This document shows positions 39,851-55,200 of a DNA stretch of 64,000 nt, piece by piece. The stretch comes from Patellaria atrata CBS 101060 (lineage: Eukaryota), in NCBI GenBank assembly GCA_010093705.1, contig MU006090.1, positions 1,639,817-1,703,816 of the forward strand, read 5' to 3'. The notes beneath the pieces are model-generated. The model was not told where the DNA came from, did no database searches, and saw only the letters and a program-made list of their open reading frames with translations. The position numbers and the translations under genes were made by a program. How positions within the stretch are numbered: position 1 is the first letter of the stretch; each line of letters starts with the position of its first letter.

Positions 39851-41524
39851 TCATAGATTGACCAACAACGCCTCTGAAGCTGCAAGAGTAAACGTAACTC
39901 TCCCAGCACTAACCTCAGCAGTCTCCACCTTCGCCGTGCCAGTCGCTAGGCACGAACCGTTCTCAAATGATTGTCCTCCGAACGTCGGTGTCTGCCCTTG
40001 ATCCTGCCTGGACTCGGCACTAGGGGCCGTCAATCTTTTCGCCGACACTGTCTCTCCACTTAAGCCCGTTAAGATAAACTGCTGACTGCTCCTTGACCCG
40101 CTACCAGAGAAGTAATCCGAGTTATGCACGGAAACACGAATAGGCGCTCCCGCAGAATCGTAGACGACATAGCCGCCATAGTTAGAGCTCCCGGTATCCA
40201 GAGGTGCAATCTTTGCGCCCCCAGCCATGACTGCTGTTGCGAAAACTGCGCCGTAGTACGGCGCACCGACATTGTAGCGGCCCCACCAGCAGTACTGGCA
40301 GTTGCCGATGGTGCCGTGATGGAAGTAAGAGCGCGAGATTCCTGCGGTTGCGGCGCGGAGGGATACGTCTGCGACCCAGAGAGCGGCGCCAAATTTGGGG
40401 CTTACGCCTGAGGCTCCTCCTCCCGTGGCTGATGCTCGAATTAGACACTCCATCTCTCAAAGTGCTCAACCCACTCACCGGAATTCATCTCTCCGAAAAC
40501 ATACGGCTTTCCCGCGTTCTTGGCAGCCTGTACGTCGGCGCTAAAGGAGCCGATGTTCCTGATTACATTGCTATGGCTCATCAACGACTGCACGGTACCA
40601 CCTGGGTAGTTGTGGTGGGAGATCGTCTTAATGTGCGACACTGCCGTTGCATTTTGGACATTCAAGAGCTGTATCGCGCCCCATTCTGGAGGATTTTTAA
40701 GAGAGTTCGCAGCCTGGATTAAGGGCGTCGTCCCCACGCCGTTTCCTACAGCAATCTGCCAGTTCCCTTGAGCTTGTGCGTCTGATCTCGCATTCGCATT
40801 TCTCCAGTCTGTCCCTCGAGTTAGTACGGGGTATAGGGTCATCTAGCAGCGGAGTCAATCTACATTCCGGTTCGTTACCAAGCTCAATAGCTAAGAGATT
40901 GGGAATCTTCGCTTTTGCCTCTCTCGCAGCCGCAATCGTATTTGCTTGGTTATTCTTTTCCCTGTTCAAACCTGGCCAAGTTAGTCGGAGTTGATGAACT
41001 TTTCCTTCATGTATTCTTACCTACGACGACACTGCCGGCATACGTCCCAGCAATCGACATAAAAGAGGGACCGAAAGTTAGCGTCATGGGAGCATCTTTC
41101 TCGTTCGCGACCGAGTAGGTGACCGCTGCTGAGGACGCAGCGTCGTATGTCGCCCGGTCTCTACAGGTAGGTCAATAATCAACGACCGGATAGGTATTCC
41201 CCATATGACACCATGCTTACTGGGTAGTCCCGCCAATTCTAATAGGCGGCCATGTACCTGAGAGGTCTCTCATATTTTGCATACATTGTTTCGTAGATGC
41301 AACATCGTTCATGTACGCGGGGAATGTAAAGAACTCGTAACTACGCACATATCAGACCATACATTTCAGGAAGCTATAATAACGCTTTGACTGTCTACTC
41401 ACGATATCCCCACGGGCGCGGGATCCAGAGCAGAAGCAGATGCGGGCGCTGTTGCTGGGACGTTAAAGGTAACAGCCAACGACCTGCTCGCGAGGAACGC
41501 GATAATAATGATGTCTCGCCTCAT
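39851..41524 (-). CDS. Secreted glycoside hydrolase family 79 (beta-glucuronidase-like), multi-exon
   Basis: Signal peptide MRRDIIIIAFLA; IRIGGTTQ; AIELGNEP (acid/base); SHHNYP; YVFGEMNS (nucleophile); FGAALW; APYYG. Confidence 0.9.
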
Positions 41525-41920
41525 ATTACAATGCGCCAGAAGGTATAAAGCTTGAAAACTCGAGGTGGGACAAAGTATCTCTTTTACATCTTCGCCAAGT
41601 TTACTTGAATATATTCGGTCGGGATGTGCACAGCAGTAGATATATTATATTAACAGCCTCCTCACAGAACTGGCCGAATAGAGTGCAAAATCCCATGTAC
41701 AAGCTCGTCCAATTCGTTTTGTAAGAGTCATTAAGGGCACTGTGTCATCTCCCGGATTGGCTAAAGCCACTAGCTTCCACTTAGGGCTGCATCTATGGCC
41801 TCAGTTATGATTCGAGACTCTCTTGTCACTTTTGTAGAAAAGAAGAAAGAAATGTTAATCCACGAATCCGTTCCAAGTCCCTTTCGGGCCGGTCATATAA
41901 GTTTCTGGGGCAAGTCAATA

Positions 41921-42109
41921 TACCGTTAAAACTCACCTGTTGTGGCATAGCGCAGAGCTAGCTAAAGGGGGTGCTAGTCTACTCATATTCCTCCTGGATC
42001 GTAAAATAGTACCTAGAGCGCTAGGACGACTACGAGTAAACTAATACCGCCTTAGGTTAGAACTAGTTTACGCTATGCCACTGGAGACAACAGGTGAGTT
42101 TTTACAGTA
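41921..42109. mobile_element. MITE-like non-autonomous element with TA-flanked terminal inverted repeats (Tc1/mariner-pogo type)
   Basis: Left TA-CCGTTAAAACTCACCTGTTGT-GGCATAGCG versus reverse complement of right end TA-CTGTAAAAACTCACCTGTTGT(ctccagt)GGCATAGCG. No ORF inside. Confidence 0.7.
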
Positions 42110-42526
42110 AGATAGTAGGGAAATGCTATTGTTAATCTGTCATTAGCGACACATCCATACTACAGTAGAACTAGGCAACAAGGATCCAATTTTGCGTTTA
42201 AAGGTAGTACGGCACCCTTTGTTGCTATTGCTATTGCTACATGATCTTCTGTCTAGTGTACATTCTTATTAGGTAGATGGTTGGCCCCTGGAATTCGTGA
42301 GTCCACGTTGGTTAGAGTAATAAGACGAGGCAAAACCGAGTCCAGAATCCAGATACCGTGCAAGACCCGCGAGAGCAGACCAAGGTTGAATATATCTGTC
42401 CAGATGAGCTAACTCAAATAGAATTGTGTGCATACACCAACCGACCAGATGGTCGAGATAAGAAGCACTAATGATATTTCTACTTGCTGATTAGGTATGG
42501 GGAGTAGCGTCCTTCCACCATATCCC

Positions 42527-44951
<2,425 letters not shown>

Positions 44952-45348
44952 TATGCTTTGAGATATGAAAAGTCACGGCAGGTATGTAGAATGGGAGCAA
45001 ACGAGCGAGTCGCGCTGTCAGCAAATCGTTTTCCAAAAATGTTGTCGGGCGATTCGAAGTTATACGGCATATCTTCGGTACTTCTACAAGCGTTTGTAGG
45101 AATACCAGACGAGACGCTGCCGTCTCACGTGGCATGACATAGTCAGAATTTCTCATAATACGATTGATTTTAATATTCTCGTCCGCATGATTTTTCTTTC
45201 ACATTATAAGCAATGATTACTATTCCGTCTGTTTGCACAAAGTTCTGTTCGGCTTATGTCGGTTTGATTTTGGACTACATCTTTTCATATTCTCTGAAAT
45301 ACCCCTTCGAAAGAAATTCCTGCATCCCTACTTTTCTTGCCGACTAAA

Positions 45349-47971
45349 ATGTACTCACCAACCCCCAGTAGTGCGGAGATTATGCCTATTTTCTATATAG
45401 GTCAACATGAGACTAATCGTTCTCTTCCTGTATCGGACCAACTTCTCCGTCAGGCTCAGGATTTCAACGTAAAGTGATTCCCAGATTGATATTGAAAGGG
45501 AGCTAATTCCCTCTGCAGTATGATATGCTCAGCACCCCTATCACAACTTCTCAGTTTCATTCCAATGTTTTGACGCTCCTTTCGAATTACATGGCGCATA
45601 TTGAGGGGAGCGTACCTGAAGAAGAGATCCCAATGCCTCTTATTCCACCTTTAACCTCCTTAGACACGAATTTGACGCCTAACGAAACCATTTCTCAACT
45701 GATAGCTTTCACAAGTCCTTGGATTGATCTAGCTTCTCCGGATCCTGTCATAGCTAGTCTATCGAAGCAAGTTTTCAATCTGGAAATCGCTTATGCTGCC
45801 TTCTGCGGGATTGGTAATGTAATCATACAAGGACTAGCTCTTAATCATGGCGTTACACCAGGTAGCGGTATATCCCAGTACGCTAGGGTCATACAGGAAG
45901 CCCTAGGTGCTGGGCCATACCTTCACCTTCAAATTCTGATGCAGATGAGAGAGGATTCAATATCATCCAGCGCTGACACCATGGGGAGTTTGTCACAGTT
46001 TGCGAGACAGCAGTATCTCGAAAAGGCTTCACACGCATCTGCAACTGAACGTGAGGCTGATTTGTTCAGCACCTGGGATACCTGGAATGTTATTAGATCT
46101 GTGTGTAAATATTCCTCACGATTATCTATCGGTAAGATTCAAAATACATCTCACCTCTGTTTGGCACCAGGCAATTCTCAACCCTAATCAATGAAGGAAT
46201 TATGCGCCATAGTTTCCCTCTCTTAACCGTCAATTTCTTGGAGAACTGTGATTGCTGACTTGTCTAATATCAGCTTTATTGTTACCAAAGCAGCTTCCGC
46301 CAATGCCACTCCAGTCAAGGTGGTTTTCGGAGCCTTTGAAGGAGTTGATATTTCCCGAAACTTCTTTTCTGAAGAATGCAAAAGGTTATCCCGTACTTTC
46401 GAAGTCTCACCAAGCTTTGATCTCGCGATATATGCGTCTTCGAAATTCTCCCTGGCTGCTGCTCAGTGATGTTGGGCAGATCCCTGGGGTAGATGAGCAA
46501 ACGAAGATTTTCAGTAGCCCCAGAGATAACTCACCAGGACTGAACGCCTCAAGGGGGAGTATGTCCTCGTCTCCTACTCCTGCTGAGGCTGCACAGCAAG
46601 ACGCAGGATCACGAAGAAGAATAAAAGACCCCACTCCTCATCTGAGTTATATGAGACATCTCCAGGCAAATCAGCCGCCGAAGTCTGCAATTGAACGTTT
46701 CGGGGCCGGATATCAGGATTATCTTCAAGCTCCCCTCCAGCCCCTGACGGACAATCTGGAAAGCATAACTTATGAAGTCTTCGAGAAAGATCCTGTGAAA
46801 TATGACTGGTACGAGATGGCAATCTGTAACGCACTAAACGACTGGATGGCGCTAGGTAGATCTACCTCTTCTTCAACTGGAGCTGTAGTCATTGCTGTGG
46901 TGGGCGCTGGCCGTGGACCTTTGGTCACCCGTGCGCTTCGCGCTGCGGAAAAGAGTGGAGTCTTGGTGGATGTATATGCAGTTGAAAAGAACCCAAATGC
47001 TTATGTTCTTCTCCAACGCCATAACCATGAGGATTGGAATATGGCTGTCACGGTGATCAAATCAGACATGAGGTTCTGGAAAGGGCCATTACAGCCTGAC
47101 GGCTCCCATGGACGTGTCGACATTCTTGTATCAGAGCTTCTAGGCTCTTTTGCGGATAACGAACTTTCCCCGGAGTGTCTTGACGGAGTTCAACATGTCT
47201 TAAATCCACTACATGGCATCTCTATACCGTCTTCATACACGGCGCACATGACTCCAATCGCGGCTCCGCGTCTTCATGCTGATTGTCTCGGCCGTAGCTT
47301 TTCCGATCCTACAGTTTTCGAAACACCTTACGTTGTGATGTTACATGCACTCGACTTCCTATCCACTATTCAACCACATTCTGATTCTTCAGCAAAGCAA
47401 GAGTTGATACCGCTTCTACCAGATGTGAAAACCGCTTGGGCTTTTAGCCATCCAATCCCTCCCGGCATCATTCTACAGTCAAATCTTCGCCGTGGTGGAG
47501 GTGTTAATGGTGGAGGGGGAGGAAATATGGGCGGCGACGGCGCGAACGAACATAATGTGAGGTATAGTCGCCTAAATTTCCATTGCCCTAATCGAGGAGT
47601 CTGCCATGGGATTGCAGGATACTTTGAGACTGTGTTATATCGCGGACCTTCAGGAACGGTTGAGTTAAGCACCAACCCGGTGACCATGGAGTCTAAAAGC
47701 AAAGATATGATAAGCTGGTTTCCAATCTTCTTTCCTCTCAAGGTTAGTCTTAGTTCTTACTTATTCAACTTTCTCTAACGAGCGATAAATGCAGACTCCC
47801 GTCTATATTCCTGATAATTCTGAACTAGAGATTAGCATGTGGCGTCAGACTGACGACAGGAAAGTGTGGTATGAATGGCTTGTAGAGGTTTTCATGGTCG
47901 ATGCTCATCGAAGGATACGACTCGGTGTGTCTGATATTCATTCAAGCAAGAAAAACGGCTGCCTTATGTAA
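45349..47971 (+). CDS. PRMT5: Type II protein arginine methyltransferase PRMT5 (Skb1/Hsl7), multi-exon
   Basis: YQDYLQAPLQPLTDNLES.TYEVFEKDPVKY, VVGAGRGPLV, VEKNPNA, VSELLGSFADNELSPECLDG, MISWFPIFFPL, KVWYEW. Confidence 0.95.
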
Positions 47972-48240
47972 CCGTACGAATAATTCTGAATGTGAAATGT
48001 GTAGATTGGGATGTAACAGTCAGTTGGATAGAAATTCACGAAGCTAATATTTCACGTTATATCGGCACAACACAACATTGTTAATGGTACTCGCCTTATC
48101 CTACTTTCAACAACCTTTACTTTCCACATTTCCTCCCAAGTTATACTACGCACGCTGAATTTTTTTTCTCGAAGAGTTTACATAAAACACATCCCTTACC
48201 TAATCCCACGGAGTCCAACTTTTGGATCCCCGACACCATC

Positions 48241-50632
48241 ATGGACACGGAACTCATCAGAGGAGACTATAAACAGTACAAAAGCGATACAGAATTTGTT
48301 GCATGGTGGCTCGCAACTACCGCGAAGGAATATGGTTTTAAGTCTGAGAATGCAAGCCTGGATCCATGCTGGCGCTCGAACGTCAAGTTGAACTCCTACC
48401 TCATCGCGATTAGGGACTTTATTCCCTTAGCGCAATATATCAAAGGGCACTACGAAACAAACATTCCCTCAGCATTTCGCAACGCCCTCGATCGAGCTAT
48501 TAGACTACGGAAGCGCTTCCACGTATGGTTTCGTAATAGACCTCGAAAGGACAACAAATCCACCGAAGGTGCTTCGGACAAGAGTCATCGCCATTTCGTC
48601 GAGGTTCTCGAACGGGTGAGAGATATACTCTTGTACCAACCGCCCCAAGAAAGGGTGCAAGGATATTCGACGCTGTCTGAAGAGATCGTACAAAACGGCA
48701 TGGGCAATCTTCCCGCTAATATCTTCGACTTACTCACTCTCGAGGAACCAACTGAGGAATCTGCACGCACAAAAAAGGCCGCAACAATTCAATCTTCTAA
48801 GAGTACAGTATCTATTGAATATTCTTTTGAAGAAGTTCAAGACGATGAAGATGAAATGACACTGGCTCTATTCCTACTATTTTCTGAGACAGACTGTATT
48901 CGGAGTGCGATATGTGGCACCTGGTCCCGCTACCATAAGGGAGAAATTGATGTTATAGCAGCCTCGCTAGCAACCGAAACGGGTATATGGGCAGTACGAG
49001 ACATGGAACAGCAGTTCCCAGAGCTCTATCCCAGGTTCGACGATATCGAATCCTTGATCCTCGGCATATGCAACGTACAGTGCGAAAAAACAGGAGCAGC
49101 TCCCGTTGTAACAGATGTAGGAATCGAGGAAACCTCACCGGTGATATACGAAATCAAAGAAAAGTCCTTCTATTTGCCGTGGAGGGTGCTGAGTTTATCG
49201 TTTCAAAGCGCCGAATATTCTACATTACTGCAAATGGGTAGCTATTTCTTATGCGAATATGATTCATCCAAGGATCTTGAAACACTGTCGATGGTAGAAA
49301 AGCAGGAGGAGGACATACGTATCCTTGACGGGATCTTAAGAGTACTTTATACTGCTTACAGTATGTGCCTTGACGATCCCAAAAATCCTCCTCTAACCGC
49401 TGAGGATGCGCTCGTTCGATTGTTCCGGGATGCATACGGGACGGGAAAGACCACCCTGGCGGTAGTCTTCGCTATGCAAGTCTACCTTGATATACACCAT
49501 GAAATGAGAAACGATGTCTCAAAAGGATACGTCGATCTTCGCAAGACAGCAAATGCTGTGAAGACCACAATAAATCAGACCGCCAATCTTCACGCCACAC
49601 TAGGCGCTCGGGTTTGGATTACACGAGAGAATGAAATGTTCTCCTACCTTATAACGCTCATTGAAACAGTAGCTGGAGCAGAGCTCCCTTCAGAAATTCC
49701 AACAGGACTGGTGAGTTGCGGTGTATCCATTTATACATTATCTTTAGAGAGCCGGAGAGCCAGAAAGTTGGAGAAACCTAACGATTAGTTTAATAGCGCT
49801 CTACTATTATATCTAGTTACTAACCTGCTTTTAGGAGCATGAACCGCTCAGCTGGTTGCTCGAGGTACTCACAAACCACCCGTGGCAATGTGGACTGATA
49901 CGATATTGTCTCCAAATGAACGTGCAGGAAGTTGGTCTGAGGATAGCTTCTACCTGGGGTTCGATCATTTTCAGTGCCCATCTTTACAACGCAGTCCGTC
50001 AAGAACAGATTCTGGAAGAGAGATGGAAAGATATGGACACCCTCATGGTGATACACGGGCAGAACGCATTCTTTCCTGGTGGTGTCCCTAAAACTCCACC
50101 TGATTATGTCAAACGGTGCGGGTTAAAGATGGGCGTGTCTTTGGCCAACTGGGCCCCCAATCGAAGAGATAACGGACTTACTATAACACAATCGCAACTT
50201 AAGGGCCTAGAACAAGTCTCTCCGGTGAGCCGGATCTTTAAAGAACGATACTGTGAGGGGAAACACTGTCCGAATCTGTCCGAGAAAGAAATTGAGACTG
50301 TGTTATCGAAGGGTTCTACAAATGCTGTTTTGAGTTGCTGGCGTAATAAGGAGATGGTTGACGAGCATACTGTCCTAAATTCTCTCTGCGATGCTATCCA
50401 GACTGAGTTGTTTGAGATATATTTTGACTATCTGAGCATGCACCGGACTTGTATGGTCATGTTACGCCAGGTCAGAACATCTTTCTATTCTAACGGTAAT
50501 CAATCCGGTATTTCTACCGGCGCAGGCTCAAGAGTAGACGATAGAGAATTTGCCATTGTAGTTTACGAAATTTTACGAACAGGAAGCCTGCAGAACGGGG
50601 TCGGAACCTGTATACAAGAAATCAAGGCCTAG
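48241..50632 (+). CDS. DUF6604-domain protein (2 exons; intron 49711-49834); frame continues past the TAG to 50809
   Basis: N-terminal YKQYKSDT..VAWWLATTAKEYG...LDRAIRLRK...DKSHRHFVEVLERVRDIL...NIFDLLTLEEP pattern typical of fungal DUF6604 proteins; HLYNA..QE..L...WKDM motif in exon 2. Confidence 0.75.
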
Positions 50633-50978
50633 GGGGGACGACCTTTCAGTATGGAACAGTGGCTTGGATTGGAACGACACCTGGAGTCTCGGCCGCTGGA
50701 AGAATCTAGCAAAATCCTCGGAAGGAATCTTAAGTCTGGATTAGGGGAGCTAGAGGTCAGGGTATTGAAAGCCAAATACGGGCTTGATGTCGAGGAGCGG
50801 CCGAAGTAGTATTGACTGCGTCAGACGGTCGCAGACTGAGCTATATGCTTTTGCTGAATTAATTCTAGTACGATGCTCCAATACGTCTGAAACTAGTTTC
50901 GCATACTGAGCGAATTACTGTTCTTGATAACGTAGTTAGGATAGTATATTATAGACTGATAAACTTAAGTACAGTACA

Positions 50979-51854
50979 TCACACCAGTTCGAAACATCTC
51001 ACATCACTCTGCTGATCCTCGTCGTCTACAATCTGAATGTGAACACCACTTTCTCCCTCGTCGGAACTCACCTCGATCTCCTCATCGCTCTCCCCACTGA
51101 ATGCCCGATGGTACGCTTTTGCTCTCTTCGCTTGACCAACTTTCGCAGTCTTCTTGACGAACCTTGGGGCTGATCTATCAAAGGTGCGGTCTATTTCCAC
51201 AGGACAGTATGCCACTGCAAATATTTCTTCTTCGACAACCTGCATTGTACGCTCATGCTTTATTCCAGTGGTGATAGAAGGGTTGATGCTAGGATCCAAA
51301 AGGCCGGGTAATGGTACAGCAGACAAAACAGATAAAGGCGCCGTGACTGAGAACCCGGTCGTACGAGTTTCATCATTCCTTAGTCTCCATACTGTGCCAG
51401 TCGTTGTAAGAAATCCGATAACAAGATAAGCACGGCCATGATTTTGAAGTATCTTAGTTACGTCTTCGGCATATTGCGTATTGGTCATTAACTTTTCAAA
51501 GTACATTTCGGGATTGTTCAATGTATAACGTTTGACCTGCTGACTCTCCAATCCAGTGTGATTGTCGTGCCCTCGAGCGAAATCGAGTCCGAAGAAAGCT
51601 GTAAGTCCAAATGAGATACCCTTCTCTCTTACAAATTCTAAAATCTCTTTGCGAGTAGTTGATGACGATGGTGCGGGAAGAATATTCGGTATTATGTCGT
51701 CAGTGTGGTGGGAAACGTCCGATGGCGATAATGATTGAAAGGGGGCAAATTTATGAAGAGGAAGATATTTGTCCACTACAACACGGCACATCATATGCTT
51801 AATCTCAGTCGCTGGACATGTTTCATCGAGGAGGAAGAACCTGCGTCGACTCAT
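50979..51854 (-). CDS. Gasdermin-like pore-forming protein (fungal HET-Q1/RCD-1-type), 291 aa
   Basis: Recognised pattern: (L/M)xRVVxDxxxPxxxxxP; VKRYTLNNPEMYFEKL; AYLVIGFLT; amphipathic beta-strand region TGFSVTAP...SITTG; EEIFAVAYCPV; acidic C-terminal tail. Adjacent to a CHAT protease gene. Confidence 0.7.
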   Translation of the reverse strand: MSRRRFFLLDETCPATEIKHMMCRVVVDKYLPLHKFAPFQSLSPSDVSHHTDDIIPNILPAPSSSTTRKEILEFVREKGISFGLTAFFGLDFARGHDNHTGLESQQVKRYTLNNPEMYFEKLMTNTQYAEDVTKILQNHGRAYLVIGFLTTTGTVWRLRNDETRTTGFSVTAPLSVLSAVPLPGLLDPSINPSITTGIKHERTMQVVEEEIFAVAYCPVEIDRTFDRSAPRFVKKTAKVGQAKRAKAYHRAFSGESDEEIEVSSDEGESGVHIQIVDDEDQQSDVRCFELV

Positions 51855-52286
51855 TATGATTCGCGGTTCGAAATCCCACGTTTGACGACCGCTTTAATGT
51901 AGGTATGCTCTTTCTGTTAGATACTTGCGCTTGGAAGTACCGTAGAAATCTTTTGTACAGTACAGGAGGCAGGTGAAAGACTTTTTTTTCATATTATATA
52001 GGAATTGTCCCAGCCTTGTTGCCTAAGGGCGTCTTCATCCTCTAGACGGCTATTGCGAATGGTTTTGTGGCTGAGGGCTAGCCCATACTCCTACCTTTAG
52101 CGCGCTACGGCTGAGCGTCTGAGGGTTGATAAATGCGAAGAAGTTCCCCTAGAGGTAGCTGAGATGGAAGAAGTAATTCTCTTTGTATAACAGTCTCATT
52201 TCCAGGTCGATATGTAAAGTGAGGTACAAGTAAGGTATTGTCCATACCGAAAATCTTATCCAAATTCTCCCTAGTGCAGATCTAGA

Positions 52287-55200
52287 ATGTGCGCGGCACT
52301 CATGACGATCCCAGCGATCCAGCCCTTGCACGTCAGGCTCACTTTGCAAGCTCGGCATCAACCTTCATGGAACGACATCCCTACCAGACGGTGCTGGACG
52401 GTAGATGTTCTCGAAGGGAACGAGAAGGTAACGGAAGACTTGCAGCTTTCGGATCCTTTGAGTAAGGAGGAAGCGGCGACGTGCCGTTGGTATCTGGAAC
52501 AATATGTCCAGAGTTCCCCTTTCTCCATTTCTCAAGCTCGTGCCGCTGAAGCATTATTGAAGGGGTATCCGAAGAACATAATCAACCAACTGAATCTTAG
52601 AGAGATACTACAGTCACGAGCACCCTCTATCAATGGTCAGCCTACAGTTCTTTCACTGCTCATCAAAGAATCGATCAACAGCCCAGATGCCACTGTGCAT
52701 CAGCTTCATTGGGAAGCCCTCGAAGATCCAGAATGTTGGAATAACCCCAACCTTCGAGTCGAGGTCAAACGCGCCGCCCTCAACAAAGAGATACTCCAGA
52801 AGCCCTTAGCAAGGGTCAAAACCCGCCAGGATGAGCAAGGCGCTACCGGGACACTCAATATTCTTCTAGTTGTTGCGCGAGACACTTCTCACAATCCGGC
52901 TATTTATAGCGACGTAAATCCATTTCTTGTCTCCGATATCCTTTCACAGATACGAAAGAATCTCCGACAATCTGAACATGCCGTACGAATGAATGTAGAA
53001 ATTGTACGACCAGGGAGTTTAAAAAGTTTGGAAGAGCATCTTCAACGTGCTGAAGCTATTCACGGAACCAACTATTTCCACATCATCCATTTTGACCTCC
53101 ACGGTAAAGTAGGTCTGAGAAAGAAAGGTCCTACACGTGTCAAAAATGCTTTCCTTTATTTTTGCGATCCGCATTCTAACGCCACTAGAGCTGAAAGTGC
53201 CACCAAAGTTGGTAAGATCCTAAAAAGGCACTCCGTCCCATTGGTAGTTCTCAATGCATGCGAGTCTGCTAGGGCTAATTGTGGGGATGACGCAAACATT
53301 GCAAAGATCTTCGAACAGGAGGGTGTTCAAAAGGTTCTAGCAATGTCATTCAAGATTTCAAGTAGCGCAGCCAATTTATTTCTCTCCAAATTTTATAATG
53401 AGTTTCTCATAACCGGAACTTCATTTTCCAGAGCTGCGGCGGAGGCACGTAGCTTTCTTCGAACCTTCTCTATTAGACAAGCTCGTTTCGGGTTGGAGCT
53501 ACCCCTGAAAGATTGGTTTGTGCCGGTGATATACGGTTCTGACCACGACGTGGTGATACGCCAGGAGAAAACGCCAGGAGAAGATTCAGTGGACAGAGGG
53601 ATTGACAAACCTTTCGTTAGTACGGCTAAGCCCGATCTGTCAACGGATTCTACCCCTGTTGGACGTGAATTCGACATCTTGAGGATCGAGAAGTTGCTAT
53701 GTCAAAATCACACCCTTTATTTGCATGGGCCTCCAGGATCCGGAAAATCAGCCCTCATACGATACCTTGCCTCTGTCTGGAAGGAGACTTCCTTCGTAGA
53801 TGGATACGTCTACGTGGATTTCAAGAATATTAAGATCACTCAAGCAAATGACTTTATCGAAAATATTGCTAGCCAGCTAGTTGCTAGATTCCTGGCTTCC
53901 AACATGAATCTCTGGACGGTGAATACACTATCGGTTCAGTCTTACGACCACGAGTCCTTAAAGGACATTATCAAAAGTATCGTCAAAGAATATCGTGTTG
54001 CCATGATCTTTGATAACATTCAAGTATCCCACTCGAATATAGTCCCGATGTCTCTCGATGATGTATTGCTTACTGAAATCAATAATTTCTTGAGTCCCTT
54101 CTTAGATTCACCAGGTAGCAACCTGTCTGCCAATATAACGACTACCAAACCATTCGTCCTCTTCATAGGCCGCCGTTCGGATGTGCAGTGGATCTCGAAC
54201 ATAATTGGTTATGACTTTTTGAATCAACACTACAAAATCTCTGGACTAGAACTTCCAGATGCCATTGAATTAGCTCAATCAACTCTACGAGACGCAGGGG
54301 AGAACCTAGACGAGTGGCAACATGAAGATTTTAACACGCTTGAACTTGTTCTTGAGCTCCTTCAGAGAATACCTGACGCGATTCTCCAAGTCCTTCCCAT
54401 GGCTAGACGGTTGCGGATTCCGTGGCGTGAATTCCATCACCGCGTTCATACCCAGCTTATCTCATCAACGGAGGCCAGACGGGTGGTTGATGAGAACAAT
54501 GATTTCCACAAGGAATTCCGCAACTATGAAGAAATCTTACCCCATGTGATTTTCCCGTATTTTCTGCTTCTCGGCTTCTTTTGGCGCGAGGGTCCAATTG
54601 CAGCATCGCTAGTCGATGCTGTGATATCAATCGCAGAAAATATTGGTACTGATAGCGCAACCGAAGACCAAGTTAGAGAGGCTATTGAGACTGTCATCCG
54701 AGCCGCCATGCTATTCGCTCGTGACCGGGGGCTACTGGAGTATGACAACTCAGGAAGAATCAATTGGATACATCCATTATTTACCCTATACTCTAAAGGG
54801 CCACGGCTTGCACAATCCGACGAGGAATGTCCAGAAGACCATAAGAGGGATCAGTCTATCGCAGAGAAAGAAGTGGTCGAAGATGATTCCCCAACAAATT
54901 TTCAATCCATGAGCATAGCGTCAATTCTTCCTATTATTAAAACTATCGAAGAAAGGGCATATCTCCAATTCATGGTCAATGTCTACACTGGTAGTGACTA
55001 TAGTCAACTCCGTATTGACTATTCCGCTGCATTCCCGAACCTACTTACATGCATAAAGCATTGCATAGTTGCAGATGATATTATATCATTAAATGACTGG
55101 CCTATGACTCTTTTCACGCTTTTCGCCCCCCACATAAGGCTAGTAGGCACCACCACGGACTGCATACTTTTTGCAGACGCATATGAGCAACTACTGTCAG

